Source: Patescibacteria group bacterium
GTDB lineage: Bacteria; Patescibacteriota; UBA1384; XYA2-FULL-43-10; 1-14-0-10-43-13
Assembly: GCA_041666325.1 (NCBI GenBank)
Contig: JBAYHC010000004.1
Span: forward strand, 64,929 to 128,928
DNA: 64,000 bases
Direction: 5' to 3'
Shown: positions 1-9,546 of the stretch, piece after piece
Numbering within the stretch: the stretch's first letter is position 1
Layout of the letters: each line of letters starts with the position of its first letter
Translations under genes and position numbers: made by a program
Notes under the pieces: generated by a model
Told to the model about the DNA's origin: nothing
Database searches by the model: none
What the model saw: only the letters and a program-made list of their open reading frames with translations

Positions 1-677
1 TCAGGATACTCACTTCCAAAAAGCTCGCCGGCCTCCCGTTTTCCGCAGAGTTCAAGCTTTAGTTTACTAACAACTGACCAGCATTTTTCATAATCTAGCG
101 CGAACGCCTCCTTTTTACCTTTGCCAACTTTCAGCTTATCCTCATCGTACTCATAGAGAAAAGTCAGTGACTTAGCGTATTCGCTGATAATCGCCAGCAG
201 CTCCTTCTCCTGGCCGTCAAGCAGCTCAAATTTCGCCTTTGATTGGATTAATCTGATAGCATCCTGCAGCTCTTTCAGCGTTTCTGATTGCTCGACCAAT
301 CTTTGCTGGTTGACAACATAACCTTTAATTAAAAAGTCCCGAAGCACTCCATTAGCCCAAATACGAAACTGGGTCGCTTTCTTCGAGTTGACTCGATAGC
401 CCACTGAAATAATCACATCTAAGCTATAAAAATTCACCGGACGATCGGAGTTTGCAATGTGCATTTTTTGCACATTACCTTTTTCTTCGACTTCGCCGGA
501 ATTAAGAATGTTGTTGATGTGGCGCGTAATCACAGTACGATCCGTGCCAAAAACACCGGCAATTTCTTTTTGCGAAAGCCAGATATTATCATCCCGTAAT
601 CTCACCTCAATCTTCGGCCTATCCTCACCAGATCGATATATGATAACTTCGCCCCGAGTTTGTTCTCTTGTTTTCAT
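1..677 (-). CDS. RhuM-family virulence protein, probably RhuM/Fic-DOC fusion (3' end runs off window)
   Basis: Manual translation from ATG at 677: MKTREQTRGEVIIYRS...IWLSQKEIAGVFG...FYSLDVIISVGYRVNSKKATQFRIWA, the RhuM signature; frame stays open to the window edge. Confidence 0.85.
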   Translation of the reverse strand, partial: MKTREQTRGEVIIYRSGEDRPKIEVRLRDDNIWLSQKEIAGVFGTDRTVITRHINNILNSGEVEEKGNVQKMHIANSDRPVNFYSLDVIISVGYRVNSKKATQFRIWANGVLRDFLIKGYVVNQQRLVEQSETLKELQDAIRLIQSKAKFELLDGQEKELLAIISEYAKSLTFLYEYDEDKLKVGKGKKEAFALDYEKCWSVVSKLKLELCGKREAGELFGSEYP

Positions 678-795
678 GATGCCTTCTACCTTCTACTTTC
701 TCCCATTGTGCCGAACATATCCCAAACAGTCAAATCTTTACGATCAAAAAACCGCAACCTCTGGGTTGCGGCACAATACGAAAGGGTCAGGTATC

Positions 796-1383
796 TCACG
801 AGTTATACCCCGCAAAACGAAGATGGCAACGATGAGTTAGCTCGCCGATAGCTTTGAGAGACTCGGCCTTAGTCAATATATCATCATAATCTTGAGGAAC
901 AGCATTATTCTCCAGCCACCGCCTGGTCCGGCGCAAAATCAGTTCCCAGGCAAGAAATGCACCGAAACTCCGATCAAAGAGAGGGTTCCCCGTCTGGGTA
1001 ACTTCAACGATAACCCTGTCCCCTGGCTGCAACCATAAAGCAGGCAAGAAATCGGTCGCTTGTATGCCATCCTTCTTCGGATTAATCTCCGAAAAACCAA
1101 AGAACATGAGCTTAATCGGAGAAGTTTCACTATGATGAATACTCGCCACAGACAAGACACTGTCTCCGCGATTCACCTCAATCTTGGCCGGTCGATAGCA
1201 ACCACGCCGACTCACAGTTTCATCGGGAAAGTAGTTAGCAAACTGCTTGAAGGCCGGAAGTCCATCGAGATGTATGATCATTCCGTTTGGTTGGCAATAA
1301 GCAAGTGTCATTTCCTGATCAAGATCTTCAGCCACAAACTCAAGCGGCTTGACTTGCATCAGATCCCTCCATTCCGATCTCAA
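796..1383 (-). CDS. hypothetical protein
   Basis: 195-aa ORF filling the gap between neighbours; no recognised motif; start uncertain. Confidence 0.5.
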   Translation of the reverse strand: MRSEWRDLMQVKPLEFVAEDLDQEMTLAYCQPNGMIIHLDGLPAFKQFANYFPDETVSRRGCYRPAKIEVNRGDSVLSVASIHHSETSPIKLMFFGFSEINPKKDGIQATDFLPALWLQPGDRVIVEVTQTGNPLFDRSFGAFLAWELILRRTRRWLENNAVPQDYDDILTKAESLKAIGELTHRCHLRFAGYNS

Positions 1384-1501
1384 GGATCATCTGTCTTATA
1401 CAATATAATCACTCCCTTGTCCAGCCTTCGGCCGGCTTTTTCTTTACAAAAAAGCCGCCGGGGTACCGGCGACAGTGCAAAGAATACAATACTCAATCAA
1501 A

Positions 1502-2545
1502 TCACCTATCAAGGACATAATCACCTTTTAGCAATATATCAGCCGCCTCAGTGCGATACCGATAGACGATCATGAGGCTCCCCAGTTCATGCCTGCTTGG
1601 ATTGTTGTCCAATATTTCCCTGGCTGCCATGTCTTGCAACCATGATGGGATATTGGTAATCAAGCCGTTGGCCATGTTGCAGAGACCATATCTCGGACGC
1701 TCCCTGCTTATTAGCTCAACCAGTGCGGCCCAAGCGCGCTGACGAAGCTGCACATGTTCACACATGATCTTGACAAGATCAGTCCCTTTGTCGAAACCGC
1801 GCCGGGCCAATTCATCCCAGATCCTGTCTTGAAACTGAAAGAGGGAAAGGCGCTGTTGAAGATCTTCCGAACGCGGGTCGCGCTTGACATACTCGGGCCA
1901 GGCCCGCTCCGGCAGGTCTTCTATACCCTCAATCAACACTCGGCCAAAAGCGAAAGAAGATGGCCTAGATTCGTCACAATGAGCGATAAACTTAACCCAC
2001 GCTTCTTCACGTAAAGACGGGTTTCGTTGCGCATAGCGCCAGATCGCATTTAGATCAACAACATCTCTGGCACCCTCATGCAACAGCGCCGCCAAAGCCT
2101 CTTCGCGAAGATCCAGAACATTCTCAATAACCTTGACGTAACGCCTATGGCCATGTTGAGTCGCCATGTCAAGAATCTTCCTGCCAGCTAGACGAGAAAG
2201 AGCGGGGTCAGCCACGATATCAAAGATGCAATCCAAATCCTCCGGCTTGTCTGCAACGAGCGAGAGCAATAAAGGCGCGATCAGCCACCGGTTAGGCGGA
2301 CTATGCTTGATCAATGTTGTGCACGACTTAACACCGAGCGGCTCGCCTGTGCGCAAGGGTATAGCCATCAAATCGGCCACAGCATCTGCCCGACGCTCCG
2401 GCACATGCTCAATGATGTCGCAAAGTACCTCTTCGGAAAGTAGCGGTCTCTTTCTTCCTTTTTCTTCACTCACTTTAGGTTTTTTCTCCCTCCGTCGAGT
2501 GCGTACCAGCTGGCGGTCCTGCTTCTCCGGCAGTCCCCAGCTCAA
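1502..2545 (-). CDS. hypothetical alpha-helical repeat protein
   Basis: 347-aa ORF with recurring LREEAW/LRQRAW/YRTEAA helices; TTGACA-17-TATACT promoter-like site immediately upstream. Confidence 0.65.
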   Translation of the reverse strand: MSWGLPEKQDRQLVRTRRREKKPKVSEEKGRKRPLLSEEVLCDIIEHVPERRADAVADLMAIPLRTGEPLGVKSCTTLIKHSPPNRWLIAPLLLSLVADKPEDLDCIFDIVADPALSRLAGRKILDMATQHGHRRYVKVIENVLDLREEALAALLHEGARDVVDLNAIWRYAQRNPSLREEAWVKFIAHCDESRPSSFAFGRVLIEGIEDLPERAWPEYVKRDPRSEDLQQRLSLFQFQDRIWDELARRGFDKGTDLVKIMCEHVQLRQRAWAALVELISRERPRYGLCNMANGLITNIPSWLQDMAAREILDNNPSRHELGSLMIVYRYRTEAADILLKGDYVLDR

Positions 2546-2642
2546 GGAAAGTATAATCAGGACCTAACAATTTGTCAACTTGGGTTGATATACAAGAGTC
2601 AAACTGATAGTTTAAGAACTAATTCCCGAGAGAGGAGAGCTT

Positions 2643-3023
2643 ATGGTTCGCCTTTCTGAGCTGCAAAGCATCAATCAGCCGACACCCGCATTGATGCAGT
2701 TAATCGACCGGCTTTGTGCCCGCATCCAACCCCTGACACCAAATGAGCTTCATTACGGCTTCGAATATCCGATGATCGGCCAGCCATTCTTTTACGTTAC
2801 CGAGATAGAACGCAAGAGATTGTTCAGATTCATTCCCCTTGGCAACAAGAAGAGATTGATCATGGCCATCTCTTCCGGATTTTTCGGAGAGGCTATTGGC
2901 AAAAAAGAAGTTCGAGGCTGGATTGGCAACAAGCAATTTGAAGCAATCATTCGCGAAGAGTTCGAGCGTTTTGCCTGCGATGTTGGTGCAAGCAGTCACA
3001 TGCTCGCCTATGCCTACCAATAG
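2643..3023 (+). CDS. hypothetical protein
   Basis: 126-aa ORF with AGGAG SD before ATG and a hairpin/T-tract downstream. Confidence 0.65.
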   Translation: MVRLSELQSINQPTPALMQLIDRLCARIQPLTPNELHYGFEYPMIGQPFFYVTEIERKRLFRFIPLGNKKRLIMAISSGFFGEAIGKKEVRGWIGNKQFEAIIREEFERFACDVGASSHMLAYAYQ

Positions 3024-3082
3024 GGCGCCCCCATTAGCCGCAACAGCCCAGTTGCGGTTTTTTGATTCACAGCCTCACCCCA

Positions 3083-3250
3083 TGAATCAAAAAACTAATT
3101 GTCTCTGAGATTTATTTTTCTTTCGTCATTCCAGACTTGATCTGGAATCCAGGCGCGATAACTATTTTATGGATCCTGAATCCCTTCGGTCTCGCTCAGG
3201 GCGGGCAAGTTCAGGATGACAACCTGAGAGCAGGATAGTTTTTTGATTCA
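3083..3250. repeat. nested palindromic REP/MITE-like element (outer 15-bp inverted repeat; inner GTCAT...ATGAC unit 3125-3220)
   Basis: TGAATCAAAAAACTA (3083-3097) is the reverse complement of TAGTTTTTTGATTCA (3236-3250); internal hairpin TTCCAGA-CTTGA-TCTGGAA. Confidence 0.7.
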
Positions 3251-3326
3251 CGGATTGACATACGCCCTAGTTCAGGCTATTATATTCACGCTTTGGTGAA
3301 TAACACGAGAGGGGAACAAGTAGAGA

Positions 3327-4127
3327 GTGAAAAAGTCCCTAGCCAGTTCAGCCAAACGCGTTAACTTGAGGCCTATCATTGTCTCGGCAATCGCGCTGAT
3401 GGTTATGTGCCACATCCTTGGAGCAACTGTCGGAACACTATTCTTCTCGATGCTAGTAGTACACGAACAGGGCCATCTTATCATTGCCAGAAAGCTCGGT
3501 TACGAGACGCAAGGCATGGTCGTTATTCCATTCATTGGCGCGATTGGTTTCCTTAAAGAGGAAGTCCAATCCAATAGAGACGAGGCTATCATTGCACTCG
3601 CCGGCCCGCTCGTTGGACTGGTCTTCAACATCATCTTGCTGGTAGCCTGGTTGCTCACGCTGTCGCCGGCGCTGCAGACTGTGGTTTGGATCAATGCGAT
3701 GGTCAATCTTTTTAATCTGCTGCCGATTTTTCCACTTGATGGCGGCAGAGTCGCTCGCGTAATTCTGCGTTCAATGAATATGGATGCGAGCGTTCTCCTA
3801 TCTCTGAGCGTGATTATAGCGGTAATTATGATTATCAAGCATCCGATTTTTCTTTTGCTTGCTCTCATGGCACGGCAAGCACTAAGGCAACACTGTTTTC
3901 TGTCGAGCCTGTCCAATCAAACCACGGCGCTGGCAGAAATCAAAGCCTCGGCCGAGAACGACCATGATCCAGAAGCGATGTCACTGATTCATCAGGTCGA
4001 CTCGTTCCGTGCCAGCCAGTCGGCACCGTGCCTGTCCCAGCGCGAAATAAGCATCACAGTTACGGCATATCTATTGGCATGCATTTGTCTCATCTCAATG
4101 GTGGTTGCCGTAAGCCTTCCCCATTGA
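3327..4127 (+). CDS. site-2 protease (peptidase M50) family membrane metalloprotease
   Basis: HEQGH zinc motif in a TM segment, ALAGP, NLLPIFPLDGG. Confidence 0.92.
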   Translation: MKKSLASSAKRVNLRPIIVSAIALMVMCHILGATVGTLFFSMLVVHEQGHLIIARKLGYETQGMVVIPFIGAIGFLKEEVQSNRDEAIIALAGPLVGLVFNIILLVAWLLTLSPALQTVVWINAMVNLFNLLPIFPLDGGRVARVILRSMNMDASVLLSLSVIIAVIMIIKHPIFLLLALMARQALRQHCFLSSLSNQTTALAEIKASAENDHDPEAMSLIHQVDSFRASQSAPCLSQREISITVTAYLLACICLISMVVAVSLPH

Positions 4128-4147
4128 TTTTCCGCTGCACCCAGGTC

Positions 4148-4170
4148 CCTGCTCTTGGCAGGGCCTTTTT
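4148..4170 (+). terminator. intrinsic terminator
   Basis: CCTGC-TCTTG-GCAGG hairpin followed by a T tract after the M50 gene. Confidence 0.55.
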
Positions 4171-4307
4171 GTATATTGAACACAATCTCTTCCCTGGCAG
4201 TAACATTTTTTGGCAACATATTTTGCAAAGTTTTTAGATTATTGACAGCGGTCTGATTGTTGCTGTAATTTGTAGCTCAGATAATCATTTATTTACAATC
4301 ACTTGTT

Positions 4308-6686
4308 ATGCAAAATATATTCAAAATTGCCTTGATTTGTGGCGGACCCTCGCTTGAACGAGGCATTTCCCTCAATTCCGCCCGATCGGTCATGGATAAC
4401 TTGGAGGACGACAACATTGAAATCGTCCCGTTCTACCTTGACCAACAGAGAAGAGCTTATCGTCTATCCAAGCCGCAGCTTTACTCTAATACGCCCTCTG
4501 ATTTTGATTTTAAGCTTAGCCGGACCGCCAAGCCACTCAGCCAAATCTCCTTCATTCGCAGACTGAGAGAGTGTGATATCGCCTTCCCTGTCATGCACGG
4601 TACATACGGCGAAGACGGCGGGATTCAACGTTTTCTGGAGAAAAACTCGATTCCATTCGTTGGCTCCGACTCGACTTCATGCAAGCAGGTTTTTGATAAA
4701 TTCAACGCCCACCAACTTCTGGGGGATCTTGATTTCAAGGTTATGCCGACCGCGCTGCTCAAGATCTATCATCATGACCACAAGCAAATTATTGATAAAT
4801 TTTTTGAGGCAAACAAGATTAAGCACGCCGTCGTCAAGCCAGCAAGCGGCGGATCAAGTATGGGTGTTTTTCCGGTCAGTAATACGATCGAGGCGCTCGA
4901 GAGGGCCAACTACCTTTTTTCTAAGCGCATTGACACCAGGGTTGTACTAGAGCCGTTCGCCGAGGGTATAGAATTCACTACCATTGTACTCGAAAATCGT
5001 TTTGGCCAACCGGTGGCTATCTTGCCGACAGAGATTGAGGCTGATTATGCGGAGCACCAAATTTTCGATTTCCGCAAAAAATATTTGCCCACTCGCCACG
5101 TCACCTACCACTGCCCACCTCGTTTTCCCAACAAGCTGATCGAACAAATCCAGATTCAGGCAGAACAAATCTTTTCAGCCACCAAGATGTCTGATTTTGC
5201 ACGATTTGACGGCTGGGTATTATCAGACGGTTCGATCTGGTTTTCTGATTTGAATCCAATTAGTGGCATGGAGCAGCACAGCTTTCTCTTCCAGCAGGCC
5301 TCGCGAGTTGGGCTCAGCCACAGAGGTGTCTTGCGCCATATCGTCAAAAGCGCCTGCCGCCGGCAAAGCATTGACTTTCCGGAGCGCCAACCACAAGCCA
5401 AAACTAGGCGTCGCGAGATCAATATCCTTTTCGGAGGCAACACATCAGAACGCCAAGTCTCCCTCTTAAGCGGTACCAATGCTTGGCTCAAACTTTTACA
5501 ATCGAAAAAATACCTTCCCAAACCGTATCTACTCGATCGGGAAAACAATGTTTGGCAGTTACCTTACAGTCTTGTACTCAATCATACAGTCGAAGAGATT
5601 GCTACGAACTGCAGCAAATTCTCAAAGAGTGAAAGGCGCTTGCGCTATCTGGAGAACAGGGTCAGATTTAGGCTTGGTCTCAGCCCGGAATCGAGCGATG
5701 CGCCGCTCTTTGCACCCCAGAAGCTCTCTCTCAAGAATTTTATCAAGAACTCTTCCTTTGTCTTCAACGCCCTGCATGGCGGAGAGGGTGAGAACGGTAT
5801 CCTGCAGCAACAATTCGAAAAACTTGGCACAAAATACAATGGACCAGATGCCACAGTTTCAAATCTATGTGCTGACAAGGCTCTGACACTCGAAGCAGTC
5901 AAAGCGAGCGGCATTCCCGGCATACATACAGCAAACTACATCACAGTTAGCACCGACGAATTGATCCATTTTGATAATTTTGGACTGAGCAACTACTGGA
6001 AAAAAATACTGAAAGATCTCAAGGCTGACTCTGTCGTGATTAAGCCCAAGTCCGATGGCTGTTCCTCTGGTGTTGCCCACCTTTTCAACCACAAAGACCT
6101 GGCGAACTATATTCGAGCAATCAGGGAGAACTGGCCTTCTATCCCCAAGGGCACGCTCCCTCATCAATTGAATGACATTGAGATGCCGACAGAGCAGCCG
6201 CATGACTTTTTGATCGAAGAATATGTTACTACTGACAAAATCTCTGTTCGAAATAATAAGCTCAACTATCAGCGACGTCGGGGCTGGATCGAGGTAACGA
6301 TTGGTGTGATCGAAAAAGACAACGAGATAATTGCGCTCAACCCAAGCCTGACTGTGGCCTCCGGCGAAATACTTTCGGTTGAAGAGAAATTTCAGGGTGG
6401 TACAGGCATAAACATCACGCCTCCCCCAAAAGAAATTATCAGTCAAAAAGCAATTAACCGGACGAAAGAGTTGATTGGCAAATTATCAAATCGTCTTGGT
6501 ATCAAGGGCTATTCTCGAATCGACGCCTTTCTCCAAGTTGACCGCGGCGATCTCATTATCATTGAAATAAACACTCTCCCAGCACTCACGCCCTCGACCG
6601 TTCTCTTCCATCAGGCCCTAGCCGAAGAAAAGCCTCTCTATCCGCGAGAATTACTCGAACAAATCATCTCAAGTGCCGGATACTAA
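4308..6686 (+). CDS. ddl: D-alanine--D-alanine ligase family protein with two tandem Ddl (ATP-grasp) units
   Basis: Unit 1: CGGPSLERGISLNSA, HGTYGEDG, VKPASGGSS, ARFDG, DLNPISG. Unit 2: FGGNTSERQVSLLSG, LHGGEGENG, IKPKSDGCSSG, SRIDAF, EINTLPAL. Confidence 0.9.
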   Translation: MQNIFKIALICGGPSLERGISLNSARSVMDNLEDDNIEIVPFYLDQQRRAYRLSKPQLYSNTPSDFDFKLSRTAKPLSQISFIRRLRECDIAFPVMHGTYGEDGGIQRFLEKNSIPFVGSDSTSCKQVFDKFNAHQLLGDLDFKVMPTALLKIYHHDHKQIIDKFFEANKIKHAVVKPASGGSSMGVFPVSNTIEALERANYLFSKRIDTRVVLEPFAEGIEFTTIVLENRFGQPVAILPTEIEADYAEHQIFDFRKKYLPTRHVTYHCPPRFPNKLIEQIQIQAEQIFSATKMSDFARFDGWVLSDGSIWFSDLNPISGMEQHSFLFQQASRVGLSHRGVLRHIVKSACRRQSIDFPERQPQAKTRRREINILFGGNTSERQVSLLSGTNAWLKLLQSKKYLPKPYLLDRENNVWQLPYSLVLNHTVEEIATNCSKFSKSERRLRYLENRVRFRLGLSPESSDAPLFAPQKLSLKNFIKNSSFVFNALHGGEGENGILQQQFEKLGTKYNGPDATVSNLCADKALTLEAVKASGIPGIHTANYITVSTDELIHFDNFGLSNYWKKILKDLKADSVVIKPKSDGCSSGVAHLFNHKDLANYIRAIRENWPSIPKGTLPHQLNDIEMPTEQPHDFLIEEYVTTDKISVRNNKLNYQRRRGWIEVTIGVIEKDNEIIALNPSLTVASGEILSVEEKFQGGTGINITPPPKEIISQKAINRTKELIGKLSNRLGIKGYSRIDAFLQVDRGDLIIIEINTLPALTPSTVLFHQALAEEKPLYPRELLEQIISSAGY

Positions 6687-6727
6687 AAACCAGGGTATAA
6701 GCCCTGGCGATAGAAACGAACCAACCA

Positions 6728-7279
6728 TCATCTGGTAGGTTCAAGCAAATACTGGCAAGTCTCATAGCTCCGGCCACCCTCCTCGTACCTCTCGGGTATG
6801 ATCGGCGAAAGCTCAAAACCAAGACGCTCAAGAATATGGCGGCTGGAACGGTTGGAAGCAAGAACCTCAGCTAAGAGCAATGTGGCAAGGTTCGTCTCAA
6901 AGATATATTTGATTGCCCTCCTGGCCGAAGCTGTTGCCACACCCTGGCCGCGGAAACCCGGCGATACAGCATAATAAAGTCTACCAGTCTTGTGACCCTC
7001 AACTTCATTGACACCAAGCCGATAAGCACCAACCACTCCGGCAAATTGACCGTCAACGCATATCCACCAGAGAATGCCTTTTTCATTCTCCTTGGCCCGA
7101 TGAACTCTCTCTATGTACTCTTCCAGGCTGGGAACCTCATAACCAAGCATGAAATCAGGGTGCAATGATGGATCCCTCAAGAGTAACCAGGCGAGCTCAG
7201 CCTGATCGGGCCGTGGCTGCCGCAAAAAAATCGTTCTCAGGTCATGAGTCAAACCACAGAGCATCTCCGATCCATACAC
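6728..7279 (-). CDS. GNAT family N-acetyltransferase (RimJ/RimL type)
   Basis: YAVSPGFRGQGVAT acetyl-CoA motif and NRSSRHILERLGF. Confidence 0.85.
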   Translation of the reverse strand: MYGSEMLCGLTHDLRTIFLRQPRPDQAELAWLLLRDPSLHPDFMLGYEVPSLEEYIERVHRAKENEKGILWWICVDGQFAGVVGAYRLGVNEVEGHKTGRLYYAVSPGFRGQGVATASARRAIKYIFETNLATLLLAEVLASNRSSRHILERLGFELSPIIPERYEEGGRSYETCQYLLEPTR

Positions 7280-7434
7280 GAAGCATTCCCCCTTCCAGAA
7301 TGTCGCTCTCGTTGCGCCCTGATACTATAACCATATTTTGGTAATTTTCCAAGAGTAACAAAACTATTGACAGACTGACAAAAATCGGTTATTACATGAG
7401 TGCCAAAGAGGCAATCCACAAGGGAGGATAGACA

Positions 7435-8172
7435 ATGCAGGTACTGGTCGTAGGCACAGGCAGATCCGATCTGCCCCTTGTCGATACTTTGCTTAACCAT
7501 GGCATTATTGTCTCCATAGCCAGCAGTGACGGAGCGGCCGAAAAGTTCAACAGGGTTAAACCCGACATCGTTTTGGTCACCATTGAAGGACCCCTTCACA
7601 CAGCGGAAACCATCGAGAAAATCGTGGAGATTGATCCTGATGCCAGGATCGTTGCCATTTGCTTTGGAGACTCCAACGATCTTAGAGCAACCATTCGATC
7701 AGGAGCAATCTCTATATTGCTAGCTCCTGTTGACGAGGAACTCTTGCTCAGGCGGCTTGAACAGGTTGCGAAGCGGACTCCGGCCATCGGCGTCGATTCC
7801 CAATCAAAGCCGGGGAGCGGCAAGAAGTTCCTGGTCGTTGACGACGAACGACATATAATTGCCTTAATGAAGCTCAACCTGGAGCTCGCCGGGTTCGAGG
7901 TGGCGACTGCCGCCGATGGCATCGAGGCAGTTGAACGGTATCGGGCGTTCCAGCCTGATGTTGTTTTCATGGATCTGTGTATGCCGCGGATGGACGGCAC
8001 CGAAGCGATTCAGAAGATTATTGAGATGGATCCCGATGCCAGGATTATCTCCTCTTGCGGCATCGAAGAGAACGACCATGCCGCCCAAGCGGCAGGCGCT
8101 CGGGATTCGATTACCAAACCCTTCGGCCCGACTGATCTGATTAACAAGGCCTTAGTCTTGATGAAAGAATAG
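7435..8172 (+). CDS. response regulator with two receiver domains (first degenerate)
   Basis: Second REC canonical (VVDDE, FMDLCMPRMDG, ITKPF); first REC-like lacks the acidic pocket; GGAGG SD. Confidence 0.85.
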   Translation: MQVLVVGTGRSDLPLVDTLLNHGIIVSIASSDGAAEKFNRVKPDIVLVTIEGPLHTAETIEKIVEIDPDARIVAICFGDSNDLRATIRSGAISILLAPVDEELLLRRLEQVAKRTPAIGVDSQSKPGSGKKFLVVDDERHIIALMKLNLELAGFEVATAADGIEAVERYRAFQPDVVFMDLCMPRMDGTEAIQKIIEMDPDARIISSCGIEENDHAAQAAGARDSITKPFGPTDLINKALVLMKE

Positions 8173-8186
8173 TATCGCATTCTGTT

Positions 8187-8216
8187 AGGCGCCCCCCGTG
8201 GGGTGCCTTTTTTCTT
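8187..8216 (+). terminator. intrinsic terminator
   Basis: AGGCGCCCC-CCGT-GGGGTGCCT hairpin followed by a T tract. Confidence 0.7.
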
Positions 8217-8352
8217 TCAAAACCTAAAGTTCAATGAGCACCAATAGTCTGATTTATCAAAATTTATTTACCGCATTACCACAAACATCTCTTAGGCTGT
8301 ATTCAGAGCTTCAGTGGTGGCTACACCACCTCCGATCAACCATATCTTAAGT

Positions 8353-8477
8353 GTCATCCTGAGGAACCTGCCGATTTGGCAGGTGACGTGAGGATCCCAT
8401 CATCGCGTTAGCGACGGGATTTCTCGCTTTGATTCATTCCGCCCGGCGGAAGGTCCCTCGGCAAGCTCGGAATGGCT
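8353..8477. repeat. GTCAT-type palindromic intergenic repeat
   Basis: GTCATCCTGAG start, CCTGCC-GATTT-GGCAGG hairpin, GGATCCC, ends CGGAATGGC; resembles elements at 3125, 21755 and 41862. Confidence 0.5.
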
Positions 8478-8607
8478 TCGCCAGTTCACGCCAATGGCTC
8501 TAAATGACACCAAGGGAAGGGATTGCTGCGCCTCAAATGCATTAGCTAACGCTTGTGATCTCTAACTTTTAAAACAAAAGCCCCTGAAGAGGGGCATCGG
8601 TGCGAGC

Positions 8608-9444
8608 TTAAATCGGGGCTGGAGCAGTACGAACAAGATAGTTCTCAATAGAGCCGAGAAAGCTAAGCAGGACAATGCCACAATCAGCAACTCTCGTCTC
8701 GACCTCATACCACACTGCAGGATTGGGGTTAGTAAGCTGTTGCCCAAGGCAAACAGCATATTCCAGCCGCATCGCATCCAGATGAAGAAAGTCTTCGATC
8801 GCACCAGTATCCCGCAACAAAACATCCGGATCAAAGCAATCATGCATATCGTACATGTCCTGAAAACGGAAAAGCACATGGCGGTGAACACTCAGAATAT
8901 CGCCAAGCCAGTCGTACCAAGAATCGCCCCGGATACCGATCCCGCTACCTCGCTGACGGATAAAGTTGCCACGCGCCTTGTCAATCTTGCGAGCAACATA
9001 GCCAATGAGGTCGTCGCGGGAATTACCTGGCAACCCCGGTACGCAATCTATTGACCCCTTAATCAAGCCGCCCTTAGCAATAGCCCAATTGAGATGTCTG
9101 GCATAGCCATGACGAAGAGTATGGAGGCCAGCTTCCAGCTCATCCTCCGTCACAACATGGGGCTCAAATGGAACACCGTGCTCTGCTGCATCGGCACTGA
9201 TTGCACTGATCTGGGCTAAAGCCTCAACAATCTCGAATGAGCGCAATCCCTTGCCCAGGCAAACGACAAGATCAATATCGCTAGCCGGTGAGAGCATGTG
9301 CCGGACAGCCGAACCGGCCAAGATTGCCCAAGAAACATATTCGTTTTGGTCAATCGCCGCTCGCGCCAAATCGATAATCCGATCGAAATCTTCGACAGAT
9401 GGCACCAGTTTGTCCCGAATATCGGAGTATGGAATGAATCGCAT
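8608..9444 (-). CDS. nucleotidyltransferase (pol-beta superfamily) domain protein with C-terminal helical domain
   Basis: hG-S-x(8)-S-D-I-D-L motif (LAGSAVRHMLSPASDIDL). Confidence 0.75.
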   Translation of the reverse strand: MRFIPYSDIRDKLVPSVEDFDRIIDLARAAIDQNEYVSWAILAGSAVRHMLSPASDIDLVVCLGKGLRSFEIVEALAQISAISADAAEHGVPFEPHVVTEDELEAGLHTLRHGYARHLNWAIAKGGLIKGSIDCVPGLPGNSRDDLIGYVARKIDKARGNFIRQRGSGIGIRGDSWYDWLGDILSVHRHVLFRFQDMYDMHDCFDPDVLLRDTGAIEDFLHLDAMRLEYAVCLGQQLTNPNPAVWYEVETRVADCGIVLLSFLGSIENYLVRTAPAPI

Positions 9445-9546
9445 GTGTTTCCCCCCTCCCGTACCGGTCTCGCAGGTACAGATCTGAGCGTATTTTACAC
9501 GAAAAATAGCTCCCCTGCAAGAAACAGCACCAACACAACGTTCTGT

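Noticed and set aside
457-840. Plus-strand ORFs over the RhuM gene, and the many other short antisense ORFs in the track
   Set aside because: They overlap well-supported genes on the opposite strand or in another frame and show no motifs
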